A stretch of DNA of 64,000 nucleotides, from IMG/VR virus record IMGVR_UViG_3300025372_000001; one strand, 5' to 3'. This DNA is from a virus. Taxonomy: Duplodnaviria; Caudoviricetes. Both the position numbers and the translations under genes were made by a program. Of this stretch, positions 18,359-28,264 are shown piece by piece (within the stretch, counting starts at the first letter, position 1; each line of letters begins with the position of its first letter). The notes under the pieces are model-generated. The model had not been told where the DNA came from, searched no databases, and saw nothing but the letters and a program-made list of their open reading frames with translations.

Positions 18359-19225
18359 CTACTCAATATAACGTATTTGCTTTTCCGTATCAAGTCGCAT
18401 CGCTTCAAAAAAGTTTTCAGTAAATTCTTTTTCCCCTTCTGGAACAACTGTAAACTTTCCCCAAGGGCGTCTTTTGCACAGGTTATGTTGCAGGTGAAAA
18501 AACATCAAATTAACCACTAATTGATTAAAAGGACTGTTCTTGATTTTATTTTCATTATATCTCTTCTCTACAGAATCTTTATGAGAAACATTGTCATGAA
18601 ATATATGACAAATAATAGGCTTTTGGGGATCATTTAATAATTTCCCGCCATATAACATAATTAATCCAGCATACAATACATCAAATAAAGGTTGTCCAAT
18701 TAACATCTCGGGGTGCAAGTGGGCATATTTGTTCCACCATTCTTTTTTATAGCAAAAAAAATCGAAGCCAGCCGGTTCACTTCGGATAACATTAATTCCT
18801 TTCTGTTTAATTTCATTAAAACTATCAACTGGTTCAATGTCTAACCGAGATGCAGCAAAAGCAGGAACATCGTTTTGTTGCATATAATCAATAAAATTCT
18901 TAGTTAAGATACAATCACTATTAACATATGCAATATGAGTGATGGTCTTATCTTCTTGAGCTTTTTTATAAAGAATATCCAATATATCTTTAATAGATGG
19001 AATATCTTTTTCTGAATCATCTAGATAAAATCTAGAATTGATGTATAAATCAAATAAGGCAGGAATACCAAATCGAGAAATTTTCCCTTCGTTTTCAAAA
19101 GGAAATTGTAAGGCAACTAATTCAATTAAATCTGGATATTGTTGTTGTAAATGTATCCAAGATTCCCTTGCAATATCTTGTCGAATATTATTTCCGTATA
19201 TGTTCGTGCCTATAAGGATTTTCAT
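18359..19225 (-). CDS. Putative GT-A glycosyltransferase
   Basis: AYVNSDCIL, SRLD, GFDFF, IGQPLFD, CHIFH. Confidence 0.6.
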   Translation of the reverse strand: MKILIGTNIYGNNIRQDIARESWIHLQQQYPDLIELVALQFPFENEGKISRFGIPALFDLYINSRFYLDDSEKDIPSIKDILDILYKKAQEDKTITHIAYVNSDCILTKNFIDYMQQNDVPAFAASRLDIEPVDSFNEIKQKGINVIRSEPAGFDFFCYKKEWWNKYAHLHPEMLIGQPLFDVLYAGLIMLYGGKLLNDPQKPIICHIFHDNVSHKDSVEKRYNENKIKNSPFNQLVVNLMFFHLQHNLCKRRPWGKFTVVPEGEKEFTENFFEAMRLDTEKQIRYIE

Positions 19226-20025
19226 AAATTTCCGTAACCTCCTTTATTACATGCTAAACTTCTCAAATTACTAATTAATTCTTCCTGGGATGGTGCAAGA
19301 ATATTAGGCACATGAACATAATGCTCTGCCATGAATATCTTATAATCATTTTGTAAGGTATCCCATCTGTTTCCATTAGGATCAATCCTACTAATTGCAT
19401 CTGGATTATTCTTTATAAGAGAATCACTTAAACTTAAATCCCCAAAATTCCAAAACCCAAAACCGTATCGAGAAGTAGAGAACCTATATGCCCATTCCGC
19501 ATCAAAAAGACTCTTCATTTGCTCATTATATAATCCAATATCTTCTAATACTCTTAATGACCTATAAGTAAACTCATTGGTCATATTCTTATAGAAATAA
19601 ATGATTAAATCATCATTATATCGAATTTTATGTCTAGGTGTTCTTGCTCCAACTGGTCCACTTTCCCATCCATAACTGGCAAATGAAAAATATTCTATTC
19701 CCGTTATTTTTGCAGCATTAATATATTTCTCAAAAATAGTTTCATCTAGACAAACCATGTCATCTTCGCATAAAAAAATATGCACATTACCTAATTGTTG
19801 GGCAATCTTTAATCCATCATTTCTAGCAGATGCAATATTCTTAACCTTCTCATGTTGAATCCAAATCAATTTATTATCTGGTAGATTATAAGATTTGGTG
19901 TAAGGATTGCCTCCATTTACTACAATAACTTTATCTACTTTATGAAACGGCATACTATTCCATAAGGTATCGAAATAGTTTTCCGAATTAAAAGTAGTAA
20001 TAATTAAGGTAATTTTGTCATTCAT
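19222..20025 (-). CDS. GT2 glycosyltransferase
   Basis: IITTFN, VIVVNGG, NIASARNDGL, FLCEDD. Confidence 0.85.
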   Translation of the reverse strand: MNDKITLIITTFNSENYFDTLWNSMPFHKVDKVIVVNGGNPYTKSYNLPDNKLIWIQHEKVKNIASARNDGLKIAQQLGNVHIFLCEDDMVCLDETIFEKYINAAKITGIEYFSFASYGWESGPVGARTPRHKIRYNDDLIIYFYKNMTNEFTYRSLRVLEDIGLYNEQMKSLFDAEWAYRFSTSRYGFGFWNFGDLSLSDSLIKNNPDAISRIDPNGNRWDTLQNDYKIFMAEHYVHVPNILAPSQEELISNLRSLACNKGGYGNL

Positions 20026-20027
20026 CT

Positions 20028-21233
20028 CTAATGCCCAAATCCTACCTTTCTTACCGGTTTAACTATATTACCATTATCTTCTGCATTATAAATATCAGCA
20101 AGGACCATTCGTTCTTGGGGTGGATCAATACCATATAACTTCTGATACAAGGCTTCTGTCTTTTCTCTAGATAACTTCTCAAAGAAGTGTTTAATGAACA
20201 TTCTTCCTCTGCGTTTTAATGCAGAATCAATTTTATCTTCGGAAGTATTGAATGTTGCAATTATTTTGAAATTTAACACTGATCCCATAATACCATCTGA
20301 TAAATTCAGAATAATGCTCATGGCAGAATTGGTTTCATCTTGTTCCCTTGAAATCAAAACTTTCTCTGCATCTTCAATCAACAACAAGCTGTTGGAATAT
20401 TGTTTAATGAATCCAAGAAAAGCAGGATCACTCAATGCTTCTACATAACAAGGCGGAATATAAATCTTCCGAACAGAAGGAAGTTGATTAAGAAGATACT
20501 TAATATAATTGGTCTTACCTGAACCAGGTTCTCCGTGAAGAAGAGCAATTCTATTATTTTGTAAAGAGAAATCTTGTGCCCAATCTATAATCTTTTCATG
20601 AACCCCTTTAAATTTATCATCATAATTTTCATCAATATCAAGATCAAATCCAGTGATTGTATAAGGGCGAAGAACCATTTCTCCGTATTCATTCTTCTCA
20701 AATAAGTGAATATTATGATTGGTATCTTTTTTGACTTCGAAAAGGTTGCGAAATTCTACAACATTATTCTTATAATCTGTATTGATATTATAATAAACAT
20801 TTACAGTGAAGGTTTTATTATCATCTGCATCATAAGAACGTTCAGTAGAAACGCTTAATTGAATAGTTGCTTCATTAGCAAGATTAACAAATGTGATATT
20901 TTCATTAGAATTATAACGAGAATCACTTGTACAAGTAAAGATTACATAATTCTGTTTTAGAATATATTCTAATACTTTATCTAAGTTTTTCTTAGAGACT
21001 TTGAAACAAACTGTGGATGCAACTTGTTCAAAGAGCATAAAGTAAATACCTTCAGCACTATAAAATAAATCTCTATGAATGAGAAGTTCCTGGGGAAACT
21101 TGTAATCTTCAAATCGAGAAAACTTATTAATGATTTCTGAATTTAAAAAAGAATAATTTTCTAATTCGAATGCTTCTCCTGAAGGAATTGCAGAGGAGGA
21201 AAATCCAGGAACAGTTACATGTGCTCGACTCAT
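20028..21233 (-). CDS. AAA+ ATPase
   Basis: LLHGEPGSGKT, LLIEDAE, LNLSDG, ATFN, IDSALKRRGR. Confidence 0.88.
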   Translation of the reverse strand: MSRAHVTVPGFSSSAIPSGEAFELENYSFLNSEIINKFSRFEDYKFPQELLIHRDLFYSAEGIYFMLFEQVASTVCFKVSKKNLDKVLEYILKQNYVIFTCTSDSRYNSNENITFVNLANEATIQLSVSTERSYDADDNKTFTVNVYYNINTDYKNNVVEFRNLFEVKKDTNHNIHLFEKNEYGEMVLRPYTITGFDLDIDENYDDKFKGVHEKIIDWAQDFSLQNNRIALLHGEPGSGKTNYIKYLLNQLPSVRKIYIPPCYVEALSDPAFLGFIKQYSNSLLLIEDAEKVLISREQDETNSAMSIILNLSDGIMGSVLNFKIIATFNTSEDKIDSALKRRGRMFIKHFFEKLSREKTEALYQKLYGIDPPQERMVLADIYNAEDNGNIVKPVRKVGFGH

Positions 21234-22069
21234 TAGGATAATAGTTGTTTGTTGGCAAAACGTTTTTCAATATCAATTAAAGCAGCAAGAACATCGTCTT
21301 GAGAAAATCTTGGGGCATCTTGAGGAAAGTAACCGAAAGTTTCTTTAAAGAGTTGCCAAGAATAACTAAAATTAGATTTGAATTCAGGATCATTTCTAAT
21401 GACAGATTTTTCATGGTTCGCATCTTGATCAGAGATATATAGGAATGAGTTTAACACATCAGCATGATAAAGTAAAGGGGTTCCTCGTTCATTAAGGAAA
21501 ATCTTTTGATGTTGGGCTAAATGTTCTGCGGCATTTAAATATCTTTCATCAAAATATCCGCCATCTTCAATCATATCTGCTCGAATTAAGGTAAATGCTT
21601 GAAAGGAATGTAGATAAATATCTACTTCTTTATTGGTATATTTAACTGTTGCCCGTTTCTTGGGAGTTCCATCATCATTGACATTTCCGCCACTAATTCC
21701 GCCATGTAAACCGTACGATAGTTGTGCTGCCCATAGTCCGCTATCAGCAGCAGTAAGAATATATTCTTCAAATACTTTATTATCTTTGATAACGATGTCA
21801 TCTTCGGCAAGGAAGATATATTTGAAACCGTCTTGGGAGGCTTTGCGCATTCCCATATTCTTTGCAATTCCGACAGGAACTTTACGTCTGGCTTGAAGAA
21901 CCTCTACATCAGGAGGATAGTTGTCATAGGCTTGACCTGCATTGATGATATAGATTTTTGCAACAGCATCACGGTTAATGGAATTGACGAGGTTTTTACA
22001 AAAATCTGAACGATTGCATGTAATAATGACTACGGCAGTTTCTTCTTTAAATCGATTAATTTCTGACAT
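21233..22069 (-). CDS. GT2 glycosyltransferase, paralogue of 19222..20025
   Basis: VIITCNR, GIAKNMGM, FLAEDD, YFDERY. Confidence 0.85.
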   Translation of the reverse strand: MSEINRFKEETAVVIITCNRSDFCKNLVNSINRDAVAKIYIINAGQAYDNYPPDVEVLQARRKVPVGIAKNMGMRKASQDGFKYIFLAEDDIVIKDNKVFEEYILTAADSGLWAAQLSYGLHGGISGGNVNDDGTPKKRATVKYTNKEVDIYLHSFQAFTLIRADMIEDGGYFDERYLNAAEHLAQHQKIFLNERGTPLLYHADVLNSFLYISDQDANHEKSVIRNDPEFKSNFSYSWQLFKETFGYFPQDAPRFSQDDVLAALIDIEKRFANKQLLS

Positions 22070-22098
22070 TTTAATTATGATAATTTACCATAAATGAT

Positions 22099-22455
22099 TT
22101 AAGGTTTCAATAAATATGTCAGAGTATCAGCATTAATTTTTCTTAACAGTTTAGAATTAGAATTGTTCATTATAGATAAATCTATTGCCATCGTAATAAT
22201 CCGTTCCCATTCTAATTGGGTATCTTTTTCTAAATCTTTGAATCTTCTTCTATCAGGATAGATAATGTTCCATATGATTGAAGTAATTTCCCAGTCAGAT
22301 AATTTATCCGGTTTGGTTTTATCTATATCAAAAGCATTCCAAGATGATCCTGACTTTCCGTTACAAATACAACAAGTATCTTGATATTCTGTTCCAATGG
22401 AGAAGTCGCCCATCCATTGTAACCCTGTTCCGTTACATGCTTTACAGTTATTCAT
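22099..22455 (-). CDS. Hypothetical protein with DnaJ-type CxxCxGxG zinc finger
   Basis: CKACNGTG...CCICNGK; start revised to ATG 22455. Confidence 0.6.
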   Translation of the reverse strand: MNNCKACNGTGLQWMGDFSIGTEYQDTCCICNGKSGSSWNAFDIDKTKPDKLSDWEITSIIWNIIYPDRRRFKDLEKDTQLEWERIITMAIDLSIMNNSNSKLLRKINADTLTYLLKP

Positions 22456-22459
22456 AATA

Positions 22460-22591
22460 TTAAAATAAATCAGAATCGTCAACCGTTTTTGATTTTAAAA
22501 AATCTGTAAATTCTTCTAATGCGAGTATCAACCCTTCTGTGCTCCAATTTCTCATTTGCGGAACATCAAAAAATACTTCGTGTTCATTCAT
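22460..22591 (-). CDS. Hypothetical protein (43 aa, not in ORF track)
   Basis: MNEHEVFFDVPQMRNW...DLF* fills the gap between genes. Confidence 0.45.
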   Translation of the reverse strand: MNEHEVFFDVPQMRNWSTEGLILALEEFTDFLKSKTVDDSDLF

Positions 22592-22608
22592 ATCAGTTAT
22601 TTTTATTC

Positions 22609-23613
22609 TCATGATAACTTATCATACATCAGTTGACACTTTTGTGCAACCTTTTTCTTCAAATCACCCGATAAATTCATCAAATTCTCCATCGGCCAAT
22701 TACCCAATGTCTCTTTAATATCAACAACCTTGAATTCCTTAATCTCACTGGTTTCACTATCTATCTGTTGCACTTTTTCCCTAATAGTATTAGTTCTTAA
22801 TTCCAACGGATTCATTGCTAATACTTTACTCTTCCATTTCTCTCCAACTTCTCCCATCACATAATCAATGGAAACGAAATTACCAGGAACTATGCCTAAT
22901 TGAGATTCATTATGAATATGATAAAATCTAGGAGAAACAGTATTTTCTATTTTTTCTACTTTTAATGTATCAGTATCCAAAATATGGATAAAATTATCAT
23001 TATTAGCTTCACCATAATTTAATTGCATAGGAGAACCTAAATAATGAAAGGTTCTTTCCCCATAAGAACGTTGTTGTGGTTTGTGGTAATGTCCTGAGAA
23101 GGTAATAAGGCATCTTTCCATGAGTTCTGCTGCTTTTAAACCATGAGTAGATAGTTTACCCTTGCTCATTTCAAATGATTGAACATCCCAATGTCCTATT
23201 ACTATTTTAGAATTAAAAGGAATCTGTTCTAGACTTGTTCCCCAAGGACAATATACAATATCATCAATAGTTGTAACTTCTTCATCAATAATTCTAACAT
23301 TCTTTCTTGTTTTAAAAATTGATAGAGAAGTAACTTCTGAATGTTCTAGATAAAAAGAACAATGGTTTCCGCTAGTGATAGTAACATTAAAATCTTTTAA
23401 AATATCTAGAAATAGATGACCAACATTTAAAGTGAGAAGGGAGATTGAACTTCTATTATGAAAGAAATCTCCGGCAATGATAATATCAGAAATATTTAAA
23501 CCTTTTAAGGTGTCTCTTAGCCATCTAGCGTAATCTAAATGGATGGTATGAAACAGAGCGGAATCTTTAAGATTTCCGATATGTAAATCTGATATAATTG
23601 CTTTTTTACTCAT
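22609..23613 (-). CDS. 47: Recombination endonuclease nuclease subunit (T4 gp47 / SbcD / Mre11)
   Basis: ISDLHIG, AGDFFHNR, SGNH, GHWD, SGHYH, YLGSPMQL. Confidence 0.93.
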   Translation of the reverse strand: MSKKAIISDLHIGNLKDSALFHTIHLDYARWLRDTLKGLNISDIIIAGDFFHNRSSISLLTLNVGHLFLDILKDFNVTITSGNHCSFYLEHSEVTSLSIFKTRKNVRIIDEEVTTIDDIVYCPWGTSLEQIPFNSKIVIGHWDVQSFEMSKGKLSTHGLKAAELMERCLITFSGHYHKPQQRSYGERTFHYLGSPMQLNYGEANNDNFIHILDTDTLKVEKIENTVSPRFYHIHNESQLGIVPGNFVSIDYVMGEVGEKWKSKVLAMNPLELRTNTIREKVQQIDSETSEIKEFKVVDIKETLGNWPMENLMNLSGDLKKKVAQKCQLMYDKLS

Positions 23614-23616
23614 TAG

Positions 23617-24381
23617 TTAATTCTCGTAAACAACCTCATCATGATCAGAATCAGAAAACACTTTGGGTCGGCGCACATTGGTATAATTTTCTGTGGATAA
23701 TGTTGCTTCCCATACTTCTTCTTGATAGGCATCAATGGTTTGTTTTGCTAAGTTTTCTTTCTTAATTCTATTAATGAATGAATTGGCACTAATTCCTGTG
23801 AAGTAATTAAATGCATCACTCTTATAGGTAATATACTCTCCATCTGCTCTCATTTCAAATACTGCTCCTTCTTGAATCTTCTTTTTACGAATCTTCTGCC
23901 GTCTATCGAAATGATAAAAATATTGAATCCCATTACTTTCATCTTTCTTAATAATCTTATCAGTAGAATATCCCTTAAACGAACAATCTCTTACTGCTTT
24001 AACCATTTTAAGAATAGCATCGCCAATCATCTCTGCTTTCCATGAATATCTTACAAAGTTAGGAAGATATGCCATTCTATCTGCAATATCATTAATCATT
24101 GTGGCAAGTTTATAAGGAAAAGCAGGATAATCTTTTGTTTTATCAACTATTTTTTGAATCTTCCAATCATAATTATCTCCTAATGCCAAATAATAGTTGC
24201 GAATTTCTTCCCACATCTCTTCTGGTTTAACATAAATGTCGGTTTCTTTCTTCTTTTCTCTTTTCTTCTTTACAATAGGAATATCATCGTCTTCAAGATA
24301 AGCAGCAACAACAGTTGCCTCAATATCTTCAATATTATCTAGTTCAATTTCATCTTCTAAGTCGAGGTTAATTTTTGCCAT
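23617..24381 (-). CDS. 55: Late-transcription sigma factor (T4 gp55-like)
   Basis: IADRMAYLPNFVRYSWKAEMIGDAI and AFNYFTGISANSFINRIKKE match gp55 regions; adjacent to gp47 as in T4-like phages. Confidence 0.85.
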   Translation of the reverse strand: MAKINLDLEDEIELDNIEDIEATVVAAYLEDDDIPIVKKKREKKKETDIYVKPEEMWEEIRNYYLALGDNYDWKIQKIVDKTKDYPAFPYKLATMINDIADRMAYLPNFVRYSWKAEMIGDAILKMVKAVRDCSFKGYSTDKIIKKDESNGIQYFYHFDRRQKIRKKKIQEGAVFEMRADGEYITYKSDAFNYFTGISANSFINRIKKENLAKQTIDAYQEEVWEATLSTENYTNVRRPKVFSDSDHDEVVYEN

Positions 24382-24386
24382 GGTTT

Positions 24387-25826
24387 TTAAATTGTTATCT
24401 TTGTTATTTTAAAAGGAAGCTTTTCCTTACTATAAATTTGTAATCTCTGTTTAAGATGATCTAGCGAATATTCAGTATTATCTGCAATATCATAGATAAT
24501 TGCTTTGGATTTATTCTCATGCAATCTCATTGATCTTCCAATAGATTGAGCAATCTGAACACCACTTTTTCCTATACATACAAAGATTACATAAGGAAGA
24601 TTCTTGATGGATATACCAGTGGAAAATATCTTGGACATACCTACAACAACTACATCATCAGTAGTTTCCATTAATTCAGTAATGGAGGTACGATCTTCTG
24701 TATCCATTGATCCTTGAATGAAATAAACTTTCTTCTTAGTATTTTCAGAAATGAGTTTAAGTAATCTTTCCCCATGATCAATTACATCAACAAGAATAAG
24801 AATATTACCTTGTAATTTATTTGCTAGTTTAAGAATAACGTCATTTCTTCCTGAATGAGAATAGATGAATTGTTGTTCTTTGATATATCTAGCAGTGGGA
24901 AGAAATAATTCGTCCTTGGTAGGTTTATCAGGAGAAGAAAGATGTTTACAGAGGACGACTTTAATTTCTACTTCGGATGCAACGCCTTTTTTACGAGCTT
25001 CATAAGAAGAAAACTCATAAACAATGGGTCCAATTTTACCAATAACATTCCAGATTGCTAGATAACCATTGGGTAATGTTCCGGTAAGACCAAAACGATG
25101 AGAAGTATTCATATTATGAACTACTTTGTTGATTTTATTTTTCTTTTCTCCTAAAGTGTGAACTTCATCGACAATAACCATATCAAAGTCTTTAACTTTA
25201 GAAACGGTGTAAGGAATGTCCGAGATTAGAATTTGACTGTTAGCAACAATGACAGGGGAATTCCAATCAGGTTCAAAACCATCTCCCCAACGAGAAATAA
25301 TAGGCATGTTAAACTCATTATGAAAAGAGTTAAAAAGTTGATTGACAAGACCTACATTTGGAACGATAATAAGACAACGAAAGGTTGGATTATATTTGAG
25401 AATAGTTTTAATTAGTCCTGCTGCCAGGAGGCTCTTTCCCGAAGATACACTAAGCAAACCAATACCTCTGCCGTTCTTTAAAAATTCTTTAATGGTGTCT
25501 TTCTGATGATCATAATAAGTAAATCCTTCAATATTTTCTAATTCATAATTGGAAAAAGCAGGCGAGAATACTTTTTTAAATTCATCGGAAACGTTTACCT
25601 GTACTGGAATTTGTAGAGATGAAATAAAATTATCCATTTCTTCCCAAAGACCGATAGGAAAAACTCCAGAAGGAGTTATAATATATTTCCTTGGCGAAAA
25701 CCTTCTTGCCATATAAGAAGGATTAACAACAGAGAATTTTTCTCGAATTAATTTAAAAATATGAGGAGAACATTTTAAAACTCCGCTATTGTTTTTAAAG
25801 GAAATATCAATAACTTCTTTTACCAT
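24387..25826 (-). CDS. uvsW: UvsW SF2 DNA helicase
   Basis: YDHQ, SVSSGKS, IIVPNVGLVNQ, DEVH, GLTGT, FSTGISI, QSIGRSMR, IYDIADN. Confidence 0.93.
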   Translation of the reverse strand: MVKEVIDISFKNNSGVLKCSPHIFKLIREKFSVVNPSYMARRFSPRKYIITPSGVFPIGLWEEMDNFISSLQIPVQVNVSDEFKKVFSPAFSNYELENIEGFTYYDHQKDTIKEFLKNGRGIGLLSVSSGKSLLAAGLIKTILKYNPTFRCLIIVPNVGLVNQLFNSFHNEFNMPIISRWGDGFEPDWNSPVIVANSQILISDIPYTVSKVKDFDMVIVDEVHTLGEKKNKINKVVHNMNTSHRFGLTGTLPNGYLAIWNVIGKIGPIVYEFSSYEARKKGVASEVEIKVVLCKHLSSPDKPTKDELFLPTARYIKEQQFIYSHSGRNDVILKLANKLQGNILILVDVIDHGERLLKLISENTKKKVYFIQGSMDTEDRTSITELMETTDDVVVVGMSKIFSTGISIKNLPYVIFVCIGKSGVQIAQSIGRSMRLHENKSKAIIYDIADNTEYSLDHLKQRLQIYSKEKLPFKITKITI

Positions 25827-25827
25827 T

Positions 25828-26220
25828 TTATAAAGATTCCATCTTCATCATCTCGACTAAATTTCTAAAGTCAAAACCTATCTGGTTAAGTTGTTTAACC
25901 GCATCATCCAAGTATTCTACAAGAATTTCTTGATCTTGAATTTGTCGATTGATTTGACGAATATCTACGTCTCCTTCTGCTTTTTTCTTTAAGGCAGGAA
26001 CACTAACAGGTAATACATTTCCTTGAATTTTTTGCTGTAATAGAGCCTCTTTAGCATCATATAAGCGTAACATGTGCTGCTTAGCTTGTGTGCGTCTGTA
26101 TAGCCATTTGTGACGCATATTAGGGGCACTGTATTGTTTTTCTAAGAGATTAGTTGCATCTACTTGAGTATCAATCTCAAGTTCCTTAGCATACTTCTCG
26201 GTCAATTCATTTGTTTCCAT
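25828..26220 (-). CDS. uvsY: UvsY recombination mediator
   Basis: Helical protein with KWL, EGDVDI, VEYLDDAVKQLNQIGFDFRNLVEMMK; upstream of uvsW. Confidence 0.8.
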   Translation of the reverse strand: METNELTEKYAKELEIDTQVDATNLLEKQYSAPNMRHKWLYRRTQAKQHMLRLYDAKEALLQQKIQGNVLPVSVPALKKKAEGDVDIRQINRQIQDQEILVEYLDDAVKQLNQIGFDFRNLVEMMKMESL

Positions 26221-26273
26221 TTCAAATACTATAAGGGATAGAATATCACATTTCTAGTAAATATTTGATAATC

Positions 26274-26453
26274 ATGAAAAAATTTAACGATTTCGTAAAG
26301 AAAATTCTGTCAGAGTGTGATGGCGGAATGGGAGTTGCATCAGTATTAGGTAACGATGGGCCTTATGACACATCTGATCCGAGAAATCCTACTGTTCTTG
26401 GTCCAATACAACGTCGGATTAAGTTCAAGAAGAAAAAGAAATCACGTAAATAA
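26274..26453 (+). CDS. Small late protein with capsid-targeting-like N-terminus
   Basis: MKKFNDFVKKILSE; TAAATA (26258-26263) 10 nt upstream. Confidence 0.7.
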   Translation: MKKFNDFVKKILSECDGGMGVASVLGNDGPYDTSDPRNPTVLGPIQRRIKFKKKKKSRK

Positions 26454-26457
26454 TTAT

Positions 26458-26781
26458 ATGACTTCTAAATTTGATTCCTTTTATAAACTATGTAAAGAAC
26501 ATTATGATAGAAGTAATTTATCAAATATGTTTCTCCAGGAATTACAAAAATATCCAAGATCGGAAATCAAGGCAGTTAATGAATGGATTGAAAAGGAATT
26601 AAAATATTTGGCAAATCAGGCAGAGACAGGTCATATTGATGTTTCTATGTGGAAAGTTCCGCATCCGCCCATTTATCGTCGTGATTATAAGAAACATCGG
26701 GAAATATATGATAATGCTGCACATTATATCCAGAGCACAGTTTTAGATTTTCTTGCAAGAAGTCCAAGAAAACGTTATTAA
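26458..26781 (+). CDS. Late hypothetical protein; start revised to ATG 26458
   Basis: MTSKFDSFYKLCKE; TAAATA (26447-26452) 5 nt upstream. Confidence 0.7.
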   Translation: MTSKFDSFYKLCKEHYDRSNLSNMFLQELQKYPRSEIKAVNEWIEKELKYLANQAETGHIDVSMWKVPHPPIYRRDYKKHREIYDNAAHYIQSTVLDFLARSPRKRY

Positions 26782-26799
26782 CTTGCTTAAATATTTCTC

Positions 26800-27234
26800 A
26801 TGTCATGGGAAAATTTACCGCCAGAAGAAGAATTAGAGAATTGGTACGGGTTCGTGTACCGCATCACGAGGTTAAATGCCTTAGAAGGGGAACCCCGATT
26901 TTATCTAGGTTGCAAGAAACTTAAATCAAAAAGAAAACTTCCCCCTCTTAAAGGATCAAAACGTAAAAGAACAGTGATTAAGAAATCCGATTATGAAACT
27001 TATTATGGTTCTTCTAATGAACTTCTAAAAGATATTGAAAAGTATGGAAAAGAAAACTTTAAACGAGAGGTTTTAAAAATGTGTACTTGTCAATGGCAGT
27101 TGAAATATGAAGAGCTTTGGTTCCAAATTCAAGAAAATGCTATTCTTAAAGATACGTACTACAATGGAATATTAAATGCTCGCATCGGAAAGGTTCCCGT
27201 AAAATTAGTGGAAGAATATAAACATCTTTTGTGA
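26800..27234 (+). CDS. GIY-YIG (Seg-like) nuclease
   Basis: YGFVYRIT...FYLGCK...YYGSS...FKREVL...YNG; TAAATA 6 nt upstream. Confidence 0.8.
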   Translation: MSWENLPPEEELENWYGFVYRITRLNALEGEPRFYLGCKKLKSKRKLPPLKGSKRKRTVIKKSDYETYYGSSNELLKDIEKYGKENFKREVLKMCTCQWQLKYEELWFQIQENAILKDTYYNGILNARIGKVPVKLVEEYKHLL

Positions 27235-27246
27235 TATATTATCACC

Positions 27247-27729
27247 ATGCAATACCAATTCATGCTTCTTGAAGAATTCTTCAAATCATGGCAAATAGAA
27301 TATATCAATCTTCTTAATTCTTGCCAATTATTAGGCAAGTTCACTCCTGATTGTAAGAAAATCCTCATTTATCTCTATCTAACCAATATCAATAAACTCT
27401 TAGATAAGAAGGGTTTATTATTTTATCATACTGATGTTCTTTCTCCTAATTTAGAGATTTTTCAATATATTGATTATGAAAAGTTTAACACTTTCTTTAA
27501 TAAAATTTCTAAAAAAGTGAGAAGTTTAACTGGAAAGGTTTTCATTGTGAAAAATAATAAACTTTCCTATGTTCCATCTATGGATAATTACGATAAATTA
27601 GATGGATGTATTCAAGACGAAATCCTTTTACTTAATAATATTAAATCCGATATGAAAGAGTTTAAGAAATTTCTGTCAGAAGTTAATCTGAAACATATTT
27701 TCAATGATATGACAAGAAAGTGTTGCTAA
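27247..27729 (+). CDS. Hypothetical protein
   Basis: 160-aa ORF. Confidence 0.6.
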   Translation: MQYQFMLLEEFFKSWQIEYINLLNSCQLLGKFTPDCKKILIYLYLTNINKLLDKKGLLFYHTDVLSPNLEIFQYIDYEKFNTFFNKISKKVRSLTGKVFIVKNNKLSYVPSMDNYDKLDGCIQDEILLLNNIKSDMKEFKKFLSEVNLKHIFNDMTRKCC

Positions 27730-28253
27730 CCCATAAAATGTGAATCTTTAAAATCCTTATCACCTTCTGGTGTACTATCAGAATTATCTAAGTATTTTAC
27801 GGATAACACATTCCATTTCTTTTTGGCGAAAAATGCCATTAAATGTTGTTTAGTTATATTGCTTTTTGGTTGAGCTTCTTGCCAAATATAGACAGTTCTA
27901 TTGGAGAAATTATATCTCCATTGTATTTCAGTTGGATCATTTAGTAAACCTGCAAATGATCTGGGAACAACAGACCTATCTCCAAGTATATTAACTCTTC
28001 TATCAACTAATGCAGAATGTCCTATTTTTGGATCATATACATAAGCATAAGCAGTTCCTTCATTATTAGTAAATCCAATCAATCCGAGTGCTTCTGCTTC
28101 TAATAACATATCAACGTAAGAATCGAAACTTTCATGAACATTTGCATGTAATGCTTGAATATATTTCTTTGCTTTCTCGACGGAAGAAGAGCAACCTACT
28201 TTCTTTCCACTCTTCTTTAAATAAACGCAATTCCCTTTTCTTATATATGGCAT
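27726..28253 (-). CDS. Late hypothetical protein; start revised to MPYIRKG at 28253
   Basis: TAAATA (28259-28264) 5 nt upstream; internal ESFDSYVDMLLE/A motif. Confidence 0.7.
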   Translation of the reverse strand: MPYIRKGNCVYLKKSGKKVGCSSSVEKAKKYIQALHANVHESFDSYVDMLLEAEALGLIGFTNNEGTAYAYVYDPKIGHSALVDRRVNILGDRSVVPRSFAGLLNDPTEIQWRYNFSNRTVYIWQEAQPKSNITKQHLMAFFAKKKWNVLSVKYLDNSDSTPEGDKDFKDSHFMG

Positions 28254-28264
28254 TAAATTATTTA

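Noticed and set aside
24387-25826. Inactivated UvsW because of SVSSGKS Walker A
   Set aside because: The GKS core and all other helicase motifs are intact; the variation is within the plausible range for this family.
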